Below, one piece after another: positions 1-10,187 of a stretch of DNA of 64,000 nucleotides. How positions within the stretch are numbered: position 1 is the first letter of the stretch; each line of letters opens with the position of its first letter. Under the pieces are notes generated by a model. The model ran no database searches and had not been told where the DNA came from. It saw only the letters and a list, made by a program, of their open reading frames with translations. The position numbers and the translations under genes are program-made. The stretch covers positions 4,339 to 68,338 of the forward strand of contig JAFOXR010000043.1 in assembly GCA_017391675.1 (NCBI GenBank), given 5' to 3'. Source of the DNA: Muribaculaceae bacterium (GTDB lineage Bacteria; Bacteroidota; Bacteroidia; Bacteroidales; Muribaculaceae).

Positions 1-24
1 TCTTTTCCATAGGAGAAACGATTG

Positions 25-1110
25 TTATCTTATGCAATTAGGGTTTTCCTTAACCTTTTTAAGATCGTTATCCACCATTATGTTTATAAGTTCCTGGAAA
101 GAGGTCTTTCTAGGATTCCAGCCAAGTTTTTCTTTTGCTTTAGCAGGATTGCCGAGCAACTGCTCAACCTCACATGGACGGAAGAACTTAGGGTCAACTT
201 CAACAATCACTTTTCCAGTAGCCTTGTCAATACCTTTTTCGTCTACGCCCTTACCTTTCCATTCAAGCTCTATTCCTGCCCGGCTGAAAGCAAGTGTGGT
301 AAATTCTCTCACGCTATGGTATTCACCGGTAGCGATGACGAAATCATCGGGCTCGTCCTGCTGAAGTATAAGCCACATGCATTCTACATAATCCTTTGCA
401 TATCCCCAGTCGCGCATAGCGTCAAGGTTGCCAAGGTAGAGTTTGTCCTGCAGACCGTTCACGATGCGAGCTGCCGCAAGTGTTATTTTACGAGTGACGA
501 ATGTTTCGCCGCGGCGTTCGCTTTCATGATTGAAAAGGATTCCATTCACGGCATACATTCCGTAACTTTCACGATAGTTCTTGGTAATCCAGAATCCATA
601 AAGTTTAGCACAACCATAAGGACTGCGAGGGTAGAAAGGTGTGGTTTCCGATTGAGGAACTTCCTGAACCTTTCCGTATAGCTCAGATGTGCTGGCCTGG
701 TATATTCTAGTTACTTTTTCTCGCTTAAGAATGCGAACAGCCTCAAGCAGGCGCAGTGTACCTACAGCATCGGTTTCGGCTGTGTATTCAGGTACATCAA
801 ACGATACCTTCACATGGCTTTGAGCTGCAAGGTTGTATATTTCAGTAGGCTGTACTTCCTGAATGATGCGAATGAGAGAACTTGAGTCGGTCATGTCGCC
901 ATAGTGCAGGTTGATAGTGCGGCTTTGCTTCATGTCGCGTACCCACTCGTTGAAATACAGATGCTCAATGCGTCCTGTGTTGAATGAACTGCTGCGTCTT
1001 ATTATGCCATGGACTTCGTATCCTTTTTCAAGCAGGAATTCAGCAAGAAAAGAACCGTCTTGTCCTGTGATTCCGGTAATAAGCGCAATATTCTTTTTCG
1101 TTGTGTTCAT
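25..1110 (-). CDS. gmd: GDP-mannose 4,6-dehydratase
   Basis: 361-aa ORF. N-terminal Rossmann motif [19 protein letters not shown]; length and conserved blocks ([23 protein letters not shown]) are typical of Gmd. Confidence 0.93.
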   Translation of the reverse strand: MNTTKKNIALITGITGQDGSFLAEFLLEKGYEVHGIIRRSSSFNTGRIEHLYFNEWVRDMKQSRTINLHYGDMTDSSSLIRIIQEVQPTEIYNLAAQSHVKVSFDVPEYTAETDAVGTLRLLEAVRILKREKVTRIYQASTSELYGKVQEVPQSETTPFYPRSPYGCAKLYGFWITKNYRESYGMYAVNGILFNHESERRGETFVTRKITLAAARIVNGLQDKLYLGNLDAMRDWGYAKDYVECMWLILQQDEPDDFVIATGEYHSVREFTTLAFSRAGIELEWKGKGVDEKGIDKATGKVIVEVDPKFFRPCEVEQLLGNPAKAKEKLGWNPRKTSFQELINIMVDNDLKKVKENPNCIR

Positions 1111-1128
1111 ATATTTAGTTATATTCTG

Positions 1129-1644
1129 TTATTCTTCAATAAATTCAAGTATGTCGTAAATATTGTCCACGATGATGTCGGGCAGATAGTCATTTTGTAA
1201 TCCAAAGTTCTGCTTGTGCTTGTTTCGCCCGTCATCGGCAATGCAGATGGTAGTCCACCCCAGTTTGTTAGGCCAGAAGAAATCCTTTGCCGTATTGTCG
1301 CCAATGTAGTAGAACTTCTTGTATTCAGGGAACTTGTCAATGAAATAGGTAAAGTTCTGCTTGTCGGTCTTTTCGGTACCTATTTCTTGGGATATGATAA
1401 TATCCAGAGTGTCAGCAAACTCATCAAGACCTAATGCCTTGATTTTTTCTCGTTGCACTTTGGCCTCTCCATCGGTAATGATAGCTATGCGATACCCCTG
1501 TTCCTTGAGACTTTGCAGAGTGTTAAGGGTGAATCGGTCCAGGGTGATGCCGTAGCCGTTTTGTATAAAGTCCTGTTCTTTATACAAAGTGTCGTCAAGA
1601 TCGAATGCGACAAGAATGCTCTTTGATGTTAAGGCTTCGTCCAT
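1129..1644 (-). CDS. HAD-superfamily hydrolase/phosphatase
   Basis: 171-aa ORF with HAD motif I FDLDDTLY near the N-terminus and a C-terminal GDN motif (YYIGDNTAKDF). Tightly packed between gmd and the aminotransferase. Confidence 0.7.
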   Translation of the reverse strand: MDEALTSKSILVAFDLDDTLYKEQDFIQNGYGITLDRFTLNTLQSLKEQGYRIAIITDGEAKVQREKIKALGLDEFADTLDIIISQEIGTEKTDKQNFTYFIDKFPEYKKFYYIGDNTAKDFFWPNKLGWTTICIADDGRNKHKQNFGLQNDYLPDIIVDNIYDILEFIEE

Positions 1645-1649
1645 AGTGA

Positions 1650-2792
1650 TTATTTTCTTTGTGTGAAGAAATCTATTATGGCATCGGCAGTGCGTTGTAT
1701 ATCATCGTCGGTAAGATTGGATCCGCTAGGCAAGCATAAACCATTGTTGTAGATGTCTTCGGCGCAATTACCTCCATAGTAGGGCGCATTGTTGAAGACT
1801 GGCTGCATGTGCATAGGTCGCCATATCCATCGCGACTCGATGTTCTTTTCTTCCAGTGCCAAACGCAAATCTTCCGGATTAATGTTAAGCTGCCTGTCAA
1901 AAGATATTGTCGTAAGCCAGAAGTTAGAATTAAAATCCTTACTAGGATTCTGCATCACATGAATACCTTTCACACCTTCAAGCAGCTTGGTGTAAAGGTC
2001 GTGAATAGCTCTGCGTCGTGCCACATGTTCGCTTAGCACCTGCATTTGTCCGCATCCAATGCCTGCACTGATGTTGCTGAGCCTGTAGTTATAGCCTATT
2101 TCTTTGTGATAATAATAGGGCATAGGTTCCTTGGCTTGTGTGGCAAGGAATTTTGTGCGTTTTGCCTCGTCAGGACCGGGACATATTAAAGCCCCTCCTC
2201 CCGAAGTGGTAATAATCTTGTTGCCGTTAAAGCTAAGCGCTCCATATTTACCTAGAGTACCGCATCGTTCTCCCTTGTATTCAGAACCAAGAGCTTCGGC
2301 CGCATCTTCAAGAACAGGAATTCCGTATTTATTGGCAATATCCATGATTTCGTTCATCTTTGCGGGCATTCCGTAGAGATGAACAGGAATAATGGCTTTA
2401 GGGTATTGTCCTGTAACTTTCTTTCGGTCGATTATTGCCTCTTCTAAAGCCTCGGGTGACATATTCCAAGTGTCGGGCTCGCTATCCACAAAAACAGGCT
2501 TTGCTCCTAAATAAGCAATGGGGTTGGCGCTGGCTGAAAATGTGAGGGATTGGCATATCACTTCATCTTCGGCTTTTATTCCGAGCATAACCAATCCCAA
2601 ATGCAAAGCTGCAGTGCCTGCACTTAATGCCACCACTGTATTGTCCTTGCCTAAGTAGGAGCCAAGCAGTCGCTCAAACTCATCAACATTAGGTCCCAAA
2701 GGAACGACCCAGTTGTCCTGAAATGCTTTATCTATCCATTTCATCTCATTTCCACTGAGATGGGGAAACGACAGGAATATTCTAGAACTCAT
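1650..2792 (-). CDS. DegT/DnrJ/EryC1/StrS-family PLP-dependent sugar aminotransferase
   Basis: 380-aa ORF. N-terminus SFPHLSGNEMKWIDKAF..NWV..GPNV and an internal SFNGNKIITTSGGGAL block (PLP-lysine region) are typical of the family. Confidence 0.85.
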   Translation of the reverse strand: MSSRIFLSFPHLSGNEMKWIDKAFQDNWVVPLGPNVDEFERLLGSYLGKDNTVVALSAGTAALHLGLVMLGIKAEDEVICQSLTFSASANPIAYLGAKPVFVDSEPDTWNMSPEALEEAIIDRKKVTGQYPKAIIPVHLYGMPAKMNEIMDIANKYGIPVLEDAAEALGSEYKGERCGTLGKYGALSFNGNKIITTSGGGALICPGPDEAKRTKFLATQAKEPMPYYYHKEIGYNYRLSNISAGIGCGQMQVLSEHVARRRAIHDLYTKLLEGVKGIHVMQNPSKDFNSNFWLTTISFDRQLNINPEDLRLALEEKNIESRWIWRPMHMQPVFNNAPYYGGNCAEDIYNNGLCLPSGSNLTDDDIQRTADAIIDFFTQRK

Positions 2793-2817
2793 TTGTATTC
2801 TTGTTTTTAATATATTG

Positions 2818-2825
2818 CGAAGTTA
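2818..2825 (-). promoter_or_regulatory. Possible Bacteroidetes -7 promoter box (TAACTTCG, near-match to TAnnTTTG) for the aminotransferase-HAD-gmd unit
   Basis: The reverse complement of cgaagtta lies about 25 nt upstream of the ATG at 2792. It shares a 16/17-nt context with the better box at 13371-13378. Confidence 0.3.
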
Positions 2826-2849
2826 CGATATTTTATTGAAAATACCGAT

Positions 2850-5800
2850 TTACTTCACATTAAAATTACTGCCAGCGGAGTGTGCAACAATTTGAGGTGC
2901 ATATTGGCACTGAATAGTTGCAATACCGCAGTTGAACTTGCCTGGATTTGTCACATAAGCATCATAAGTTATCACATGGGTGCCTTTAGGCAGCGAGTAG
3001 AAGAACAGGTTGGTTGCCGAATCTTTTACTTCCATATAATATCCCAATAGATCTTGAACACGATAGCCGGAAATTTGATCACTAGGCTCAATGCAGGCAG
3101 GACGGTCGTCGGTAAGCGTCACAAATTCAAGGTCGCGGGAGTTGGTGATGATAAGTGTTACTCTCACTTTATCACCCACTTTGAATGTGTCGCTTTGAGA
3201 TGATATGTTTGAAATCTCCTTCTTTATAGAAAGAGCCGAGCACGAAGCAGCCTTAATATCCTTCATAGGAGCATAATACTTGCTATATATTGCCCCCCAT
3301 GCAGGACTGGAGGCGGTGCGGTCTATTGAAATTGTATTGTTCCTGGATTGATTGTTGATATTCAATTTCATCTTTCCGTATCCAAGAATCTTATCAAATG
3401 ATTTGAATTCCAGTTTTTTACCATTTATTAAAATTGAAGGTGATTGCGATTTGGCTAGATAATCGCTACCTGTTGAAAGAATAGCATAAACAGCGTCGGC
3501 TGCCATGCTAGAATTGCCCCAATCGTTTGCCTGTTTCTCAATAATAAGCCATTCTCTTATTTGGTCAATGTATATTGATGCAGGCTTGATTTTGTGATAA
3601 GCTTGTAGAATCAATGATGTAATTGAAGTTTTGTAGATGTAATTGTCTCGACCGCTGCTGAAAGTGTCCCAGAATCGTCCATAATGAGGCTTATAGATAC
3701 TATATTGTCCTAGTGATTCGATAATAGGTTTAGCTTGTTCTGCTCTGCCGAAATTAGCCAGAGTGATTGCTGTGAAAGCTTTGTTGGGAATGTCCATTCT
3801 TTCCCATTCATTAGTCAAGGATTCCAGTATTTTTTCATATAAATTGTTTACTGTGGTACTCATAGGGATATCCATATATAAAGAACGGGTATAGGCATAA
3901 TTCAAGAATCCTGAATAGGAAAGTCTATCGTCTTGACGATTGTATTTCTCTATGATAGCCTTGTCAAGATAACTGACGGAATTTTTAATTACATTAGTTA
4001 AGTCGGTATTCGTTTCACGAGTTAAACTCATAGCTTTACCTATGACTTGCATAATATTTAGCGTGGTAATAGGTGAGGATGTTGCTCCTGGGTATTTGAA
4101 CCATGAAAAACCGCCATCTTCAAGTTGTAGTTCCTTTAATTTCAATATAAGTTTGGATGTTTCGGTATCGGAAATGCTATTGTCAAATAACTGAGAAAGT
4201 TGAGACATGCGTAGCGTTTGTTCCTTGCTGGCTTGCAAGAAAGGTGATGCTATCAGATCTCCGATTTTCAGCTCAGGATTCTTTTCAAGCATCGATATCA
4301 AAGCAGAGTCCTGCGGGTTGTTTCTCCAATATTTAAGCGCTTCCAGTATCTGCGGATTCTCGTTAGCGACTTTCCTTGCTATTATATTAGTGAATATCGA
4401 GTGAGCTAATTGCGTCGCAGTAGTATTGTCGTTGCTTTGAATTGATGGTAATGCCGTAGCAATATACCACACAGGATTATCGCAGTATTCAAGAGTAACA
4501 TCTGCATTCTTTGGAAATTTAGGCAACTTGATAGTAGCCGATTCTTCTCCTGCATCAATATAGAAAGATTTACTTTCAGTAACAAGGCTAGTACTTAGCA
4601 GGATAGGAATTGCAACTTGTTCTCCATCGGAGTGAGTTCCGTTAGTCGCTTTAATTCGGAATGCAATTAGAGTCAAAGAATCGGGAACTGTATATTCAAT
4701 AGAAGTAATTTCGGTTCCTTGTGGAAATATGTTGAAATTGTAATCTTGTGTTTTAAGTATATCGTTATTGACAGGATTGAATATTTCTATTGTAGCATGA
4801 CAACTCTGAATAGAATCGGTCGCATTCTGTACCGATGCCATTAATGTTGCTCTATCGCCTTGGCGAAGGAATCGTGGCATATTTGACTTGACCATTATTG
4901 GTTTGTTGCTAACGATTTCTTTAAGCAAAGTTGCTGTGTTCAGGTCTTTGTCATAACCTACGGCTTGAAACATCCAAGTAGTGTTATAGTTGGGGACAAT
5001 GAACTCGATGCCGGCGTTCCCGTTTTCATCAGTAACAAGCATAGGCTTCCAAAATACCGTCTTTACAGGTGCAGTCCTTACCGAAATTTCAGTTAGATCT
5101 TCACCTTTGTCTGCAGCCATCTTGTCGCTCATCGTTCCGAAAGCAGATTCGATAACAACTGCTTCTTCAGTCGCAAAGGTTTCATTGGCATTGCTTTTAA
5201 CTGCAGCATATTCTATATGGTTATTGCTACGGCTAAATCTTCTCATTGAGGAAGCAAAGAAAAACTGATTGTAAAAATTAAATTCCGGTTTGATAATGTG
5301 GGGATGTTTATTCAGCATGGCGATTATGCTATCAATCTCAGTCTCCCAATTGAAATAGTTGGACTGCATTCCCCATTTGTATAGGTCCTGAATAGAAAGA
5401 GCTGCACTTGTGTATTGAGGTGAATATTGGGCGCTGAATCTCCACCGGTTGTTCCTAAGTTTGTTTACAGCCATGTCGGTCATAGTGCTAATTATAGCAC
5501 CATTGGCTACTGACTTCCCGTTCCGAGAAAGATGTAATGTCCACTTTTCTCTATCTCCTGCAGTTATTTTATCGCGGAAAGATTCTATACTCAAATCCAT
5601 GTTAGCCCTTTCGTGCTTAGGCTTTATCGTGATATTGTGTTGGTAAGGGACAAGGTCTTTTACGCAATAAAATTGCACGATAAGGTTGGCTTCTGCATTT
5701 TGAGGCATTGTGTAATTGAATTTTGTTAGACCTCTAGGAATGCTAATCCACCCTTCTTTAAGCACTTCATCTTTGTAGCTTATCGAATAATATACATTGC

Positions 5801-8426
5801 TGCTGCTGTTACTATTCCAAAGCAGGATTTCAGCATTGTTTCCAGGCCTGCATTCCATTTGTTCATATGGAGTCCATAAAGGTTTATTAACAGGACTGCT
5901 TTTTTCCGTTGGTCGGAAAACAATGATTTTTTTATTTTTTATGTTTAACGATGTGTCGTTTAATGTTGAAATGGATAAAGTATATTCTCCTGAAGGTATT
6001 CTTGAGAAATCTACTTCCGGTTTGCTGGATAAGAATTCAAGCGTGTCTGTCTGGTTGCTTGTGTTGTTCTTTAAAGACAGTATGCAATTGAAGTCAGTAG
6101 TCTTGCTTTTGTCGTTGGATTCAATAACAACAGGAAGTGTTACCTTGCGGCTTGCATCAATGACAAGCTCATTGGAATTCCAACGCATGATGAAAGAAGA
6201 GCCTAGCGTGAAATTGAAACTTCCCGATTGTGATTCTCCGACCTTATCGGTAGCCGTAGCGCTAAGACGATAGGTGCAGAATGGAGAATTCTCTTGTTCT
6301 TTGAGAACTTTAGCATCAATGCTTATAGAGAAAATCCCATTTTCGTCGGTGGTAGTCTCGTAAGAAGCAATTTTGCTAAAAGAGTTCCATAATGATGCGC
6401 ATTCTAGAGAGAACCTTACTGGAATTTTACCCAAAGGCATGTCGCTGAAAGTCTTAGCACTGCCCTTAATAGTAAATTCACTATTGTCGCTAAAGGTGTG
6501 CTGGTTATCGTCAAAAATGATTTGGAATGTAGGCGTTTTATATTCGCTTACAGTGATAGTTGTGTAACCGCAAACGGAGTTTCTAGCAGAATCTGGAATT
6601 ATGCATATTAAATATTCTCCGTTCATTCTATTGACAGGAATTGTATAATCATGGATTATGCGACCGTGATTGTCGGTAGTTAATTCAGTCGAAGAAACCG
6701 TGTCTTGTGAAGCATCAAATATCACTAGCATCTTCACTTTGTGTTGCTTGAGCGGTTCTTTTTTTGTCGCGCTAGTGCGATATACAACAGCCGAAATGTG
6801 CGCAGTCTCTGCAGGTCGGTATATGGCAAGATCGGTGAAAATGCTAGCTTTGTAATCCCATTCATCTGAGAAACTGGAATAGTAGTTGTTGTATATGTTT
6901 GTTGAATAGAATTTGTCCTTTCCATGTGTAAACTTGAATTTTTTGAACTGTGTGTCATAAGCGGCTACTGAGCCATTATGATTTGTCTTTTTAGAATAAT
7001 ATAAAGGCTTATTCCCATTTGTTGAAGATGTTACTGTTATATTTCTATAAGGCTTTCCTGTAATTGCGTTTACTGCGAAGATATGTCTTCTCTTGCGTGA
7101 GTTATTGAATATGCTGAACGAAGTTATGTCGCTGACTATAAAATTATCTAAGTAGCGATTTGTCCCTAGGACTTTTTTCCCGTTTTTCCCGTGAATGCTT
7201 ATTGTAGCGGTATAACTCCCATAAGGAAGAGGCGGAACCGAAATTCTTATCGTGTCACAGAAAGGAACTTTGAGATTATTGCTTATTTCTTTGCTGAAAA
7301 TAGGGCGCATAGAATTGAAATCGGGCGCTTTTCTGATTTCGCTTTCTTCTATATTGTAAATATCTATTGAAAAATGACTAATATTTTCTACTTTACATAT
7401 CATCTCAATAGAATCGGTTGATGTGTATTGTTTCTTGAATGAGATATAGCCGTTAGGCTTTTCCATGGACAGTATGTTGGCCCTTACCTCTGGAGCATAG
7501 ATGCTGTTAGGGAACTTCTTGAGGTATGCTGAAAGAAGTGAATATTGTTCTTTCTTCTTCGCTTTCTTTTTGGAAAGAGCCAGTACAATAGGAGCCACAT
7601 CAGGCGTTTTGTTGAATTCTTGATACAGTGAATCAAGCTTTTTTTCGGTATTTGTATTGGTATATTCAAGATTGTTGAGTGTTGCCTCAATATATGGCTT
7701 GGAGCCATACTGATGGAATTTGATTAGGCTTTCGTAAATGGAACAAATTCTTTGCGCATAGTCGTTGGGCTTATAGGAGTGTGTTCTGACAAAAGGATTC
7801 CAACCATTGACTATTCCCCAACTTTTATAGATGTCAATACATTGATACGAAACAAAATCGAAAAGAGTTGGATATGTGCCAGTGGAGATTTTGTTTATGT
7901 TAATGATATCTGGGTATTCAGTTATCGCGTGAGATTTCAATGATTTGCTGAAATTTATCGATTTTTCTATGAGACTGGAGATGTATACCTTGAATTGGCT
8001 GATGTCCCATTCGAACATTTCGTTTAAGCGTGTTGTTGAGTTTGTGCCATTGTCCCGTTGTGAAATCTTATATTGGAATTTGTTGTAATATGAATTGACG
8101 ATTTGGGCTTCCAGTAGGTACAGGATTGACTTTATTTCATCGGCGTTTTCGGTATATGCGATTTTGTCAATAGAATAAATTATTTGAGGCAATGAGTCGC
8201 TGGAAATCATGCTCTTGGCGAGTGATGACTGTATTATTGCGGAGACGGTTTCTTCTCCGTTTCCGTTTTTGAGCGCTTGTTGGAGTTTGGTTTCTGCGTT
8301 CTGTATTACCGTCTTGGGAAAGTTGAAATTAGGCTTGTCGAAAGAACCCTTGCCTGTTGCATGAAGAGAACTGTTAAGCATCAGGCTTAGAACAATAACT
8401 GATAGTAGTATATAATAGCGTTTCAT
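2850..8426 (-). CDS. Alpha-2-macroglobulin family protein (bacterial A2M-like, apparently thioester-less)
   Basis: 1858-aa ORF with an N-terminal signal peptide (MKRYYILLSVIVLSLMLNSSLHA) and a long beta-rich repetitive body. TED-like segment LQLEDGGFSWFKYPG, and a C-terminal receptor-like domain. No CxEQ motif is present; the expected position reads CDNP. Confidence 0.8.
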   Translation of the reverse strand: MKRYYILLSVIVLSLMLNSSLHATGKGSFDKPNFNFPKTVIQNAETKLQQALKNGNGEETVSAIIQSSLAKSMISSDSLPQIIYSIDKIAYTENADEIKSILYLLEAQIVNSYYNKFQYKISQRDNGTNSTTRLNEMFEWDISQFKVYISSLIEKSINFSKSLKSHAITEYPDIININKISTGTYPTLFDFVSYQCIDIYKSWGIVNGWNPFVRTHSYKPNDYAQRICSIYESLIKFHQYGSKPYIEATLNNLEYTNTNTEKKLDSLYQEFNKTPDVAPIVLALSKKKAKKKEQYSLLSAYLKKFPNSIYAPEVRANILSMEKPNGYISFKKQYTSTDSIEMICKVENISHFSIDIYNIEESEIRKAPDFNSMRPIFSKEISNNLKVPFCDTIRISVPPLPYGSYTATISIHGKNGKKVLGTNRYLDNFIVSDITSFSIFNNSRKRRHIFAVNAITGKPYRNITVTSSTNGNKPLYYSKKTNHNGSVAAYDTQFKKFKFTHGKDKFYSTNIYNNYYSSFSDEWDYKASIFTDLAIYRPAETAHISAVVYRTSATKKEPLKQHKVKMLVIFDASQDTVSSTELTTDNHGRIIHDYTIPVNRMNGEYLICIIPDSARNSVCGYTTITVSEYKTPTFQIIFDDNQHTFSDNSEFTIKGSAKTFSDMPLGKIPVRFSLECASLWNSFSKIASYETTTDENGIFSISIDAKVLKEQENSPFCTYRLSATATDKVGESQSGSFNFTLGSSFIMRWNSNELVIDASRKVTLPVVIESNDKSKTTDFNCILSLKNNTSNQTDTLEFLSSKPEVDFSRIPSGEYTLSISTLNDTSLNIKNKKIIVFRPTEKSSPVNKPLWTPYEQMECRPGNNAEILLWNSNSSSNVYYSISYKDEVLKEGWISIPRGLTKFNYTMPQNAEANLIVQFYCVKDLVPYQHNITIKPKHERANMDLSIESFRDKITAGDREKWTLHLSRNGKSVANGAIISTMTDMAVNKLRNNRWRFSAQYSPQYTSAALSIQDLYKWGMQSNYFNWETEIDSIIAMLNKHPHIIKPEFNFYNQFFFASSMRRFSRSNNHIEYAAVKSNANETFATEEAVVIESAFGTMSDKMAADKGEDLTEISVRTAPVKTVFWKPMLVTDENGNAGIEFIVPNYNTTWMFQAVGYDKDLNTATLLKEIVSNKPIMVKSNMPRFLRQGDRATLMASVQNATDSIQSCHATIEIFNPVNNDILKTQDYNFNIFPQGTEITSIEYTVPDSLTLIAFRIKATNGTHSDGEQVAIPILLSTSLVTESKSFYIDAGEESATIKLPKFPKNADVTLEYCDNPVWYIATALPSIQSNDNTTATQLAHSIFTNIIARKVANENPQILEALKYWRNNPQDSALISMLEKNPELKIGDLIASPFLQASKEQTLRMSQLSQLFDNSISDTETSKLILKLKELQLEDGGFSWFKYPGATSSPITTLNIMQVIGKAMSLTRETNTDLTNVIKNSVSYLDKAIIEKYNRQDDRLSYSGFLNYAYTRSLYMDIPMSTTVNNLYEKILESLTNEWERMDIPNKAFTAITLANFGRAEQAKPIIESLGQYSIYKPHYGRFWDTFSSGRDNYIYKTSITSLILQAYHKIKPASIYIDQIREWLIIEKQANDWGNSSMAADAVYAILSTGSDYLAKSQSPSILINGKKLEFKSFDKILGYGKMKLNINNQSRNNTISIDRTASSPAWGAIYSKYYAPMKDIKAASCSALSIKKEISNISSQSDTFKVGDKVRVTLIITNSRDLEFVTLTDDRPACIEPSDQISGYRVQDLLGYYMEVKDSATNLFFYSLPKGTHVITYDAYVTNPGKFNCGIATIQCQYAPQIVAHSAGSNFNVK

Positions 8427-8464
8427 AGCCGTAGTGTTTTATTATAATAACAATTGCAATGTAG

Positions 8465-8509
8465 CAAAAAATCTCGAAACAAGGGTTAAAAACGCTTATT
8501 GTTCCGAGA
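8465..8509 (-). terminator. Rho-independent terminator after the Spy-like gene
   Basis: Inverted repeat tctcgaaacaa / ttgttccgaga (10 of 11 bp). On the minus strand it is followed by a U-tract (plus-strand A-run 8465-8471). Confidence 0.6.
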
Positions 8510-8536
8510 TTAAAGTATGAAAGAAAGTTAGTTATT

Positions 8537-9031
8537 TCAATTGTTGGGGGCTTTTGACGATTTGCTTCGTTTGTTGTGGTTAAGCATCTCTATAGAAAAG
8601 CGGTTCTCGGCTCTTTTCAACAAGAACATCTGTTTCTTGCTGAGAATTTTTGAGAATAATTCAAAGTAGTGGTTCTCTATTTCAGCCTCCTTTTCTTTCA
8701 CTTGAGAAAGTGCGGTTGCAACCGAAGCGTAATTTTCGTCGTTAGCTTCTTCTTGCGAGCTTGATAATTGCTGTTCCAGATTTCTTGCCTCACGATTGGT
8801 AGAATACACTTTGTCTTCCATTTCGGTATATAATGGAATGAATTCTTTTTGTTGGGCTTCGGTCATGCCTGTCTCCTTTATAAGGAAAGCATGCTTATAG
8901 TTGCGAACCTCGGTAATCCATTTATTCTCCTGTTGAGGCGCATTGCTGTTCTTGTCGGCGTGTGCTGCAAGACTTGAGCATAAAAACAATACTGAAAAGA
9001 ATATTGCTGATAGAGATTTATTCATAATCAA
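8537..9031 (-). CDS. Periplasmic Spy/CpxP-like (LTxxQ) protein
   Basis: 164-aa ORF with a signal peptide, two LTxxQ-like motifs (MTEAQQKEF, LSKKQMFLL) and a helical, charged composition. It is the last gene of the ECF sigma operon. Confidence 0.6.
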   Translation of the reverse strand: MIMNKSLSAIFFSVLFLCSSLAAHADKNSNAPQQENKWITEVRNYKHAFLIKETGMTEAQQKEFIPLYTEMEDKVYSTNREARNLEQQLSSSQEEANDENYASVATALSQVKEKEAEIENHYFELFSKILSKKQMFLLKRAENRFSIEMLNHNKRSKSSKAPNN

Positions 9032-9054
9032 GTTGTTTTTTTGAAGTGTTTGGT

Positions 9055-9447
9055 TTATGGTAGCTCCATAAAGGCTTCGTCGGCAGCTACACTGTCTTCA
9101 TAAGTATAGATGTCATATTCAGATATGTCGCCATGAAGCATGATTTCGTGAATGTTGTCTTCGTTCTGGAATCCTGCAACTATTGTGGGGTTGATTGGGC
9201 TATTGTCTTTTACTCCAGCCAAGTCGTTGAAAATCCACATCATGCACCATATTCCGGCAAACATTGCAGTCATGTAAATGTATGGTCTTATGCGGTTCCA
9301 GACAGAAGGTTTTACTTCGGGAATTATTTCATGATTGGACAATTCTTTTTCCATCTTTGAAGTGAATTCTTCAAAGAAATTGTCGGGAACTTTGAACCCT
9401 GGCTCTCGTCCTATCCTGGATAATATGTCCTGCTTGTTCTTCTTCAT
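9055..9447 (-). CDS. Putative anti-sigma factor (single-pass membrane protein)
   Basis: 130-aa ORF directly downstream of the ECF sigma gene, with one central TM helix (IYMTAMFAGIWCMMWIF). The call rests on position only. Confidence 0.5.
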   Translation of the reverse strand: MKKNKQDILSRIGREPGFKVPDNFFEEFTSKMEKELSNHEIIPEVKPSVWNRIRPYIYMTAMFAGIWCMMWIFNDLAGVKDNSPINPTIVAGFQNEDNIHEIMLHGDISEYDIYTYEDSVAADEAFMELP

Positions 9448-9480
9448 TCTGTTATTATGACTATATAGAATTGTAAAAGT

Positions 9481-10038
9481 TTAATCGATAGAAGAAAAAA
9501 AGTCTTCTATTTTTTTTACTGCATGATGATAGGACGCTTTAAGCGCGCCAACTGAAGTGCCTAGAATCTCGGACATGTCCTCGTATTTCATTTCATCAAA
9601 ATACCGCATGTTGAATACTAAGCGTTGCTTTTCGGGCAATTTGTTTATTGCCTTCTGCAGCTCAAGTCTCAGATTGTCACCGTCAAACCACTCGTCGGCT
9701 TCCAGACTGTTGATGAGGAATGAGTTTTCTTCGTCTATTGAAGAAGTGTGCTTGTTTCTTTCTTTGTTCAGGAATGTTATGGACTCGTTGATGGCAATCT
9801 TGTAGAGCCATGTGGATAGTTTAGCATCTCCTCTGAAATGGTTGATGTTTATCCATGCCTTGATGAAAGTTTCCTGCAATATATCGTTGGCATTGTCATG
9901 ATCTATAACCATGCGTCTTATTTGCCAGTAGAGCGGTTCGCTGTAATGCTTGATTACTTTGCTGAACGCTTTCTGGCAAGTCTCGGAATCTCGCAGTTCC
10001 TCGATGATTATTTCCTCGTTATAGTCTTGCTGTGCCAT
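9481..10038 (-). CDS. ECF-type RNA polymerase sigma-70 factor
   Basis: 185-aa ORF. Region 2 block DILQETFIKAW..F.G..KLSTWLYKIAINESITFL, and region 4 block LPEKQRLVFNMRYFDEMKYEDMSEILGTSVGALKASYHHAVKKI. Confidence 0.9.
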   Translation of the reverse strand: MAQQDYNEEIIIEELRDSETCQKAFSKVIKHYSEPLYWQIRRMVIDHDNANDILQETFIKAWININHFRGDAKLSTWLYKIAINESITFLNKERNKHTSSIDEENSFLINSLEADEWFDGDNLRLELQKAINKLPEKQRLVFNMRYFDEMKYEDMSEILGTSVGALKASYHHAVKKIEDFFSSID

Positions 10039-10125
10039 TTGATTGAATTTGCGTTGTAAAATTAATGCAAACTTTTGTCATTTGAATGATAGCGTGATAA
10101 ATTTAGTGATAAAATTTATTAAAAT

Positions 10126-10165
10126 AGATAAAGAAACAGGGTGCGTCATTGCTGGCGCACCCTGT
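10126..10165 (-). terminator. Rho-independent terminator after the TBDR-lipoprotein operon
   Basis: Perfect 10-bp stem acagggtgcg / cgcaccctgt with a 10-nt loop. On the minus strand it is followed by a T-rich tract (tttctttatct). Confidence 0.65.
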
Positions 10166-10187
10166 GTGATGTCTTTAGTGGGTGAAT

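Noticed and set aside
22-681. 219-aa plus-strand ORF, with a nested 110-aa ORF, antisense to gmd.
   Set aside because: It lies entirely within the well-supported gmd coding region on the opposite strand. Its composition is low-complexity and hydrophobic, with no recognisable motifs. This is a typical shadow ORF.
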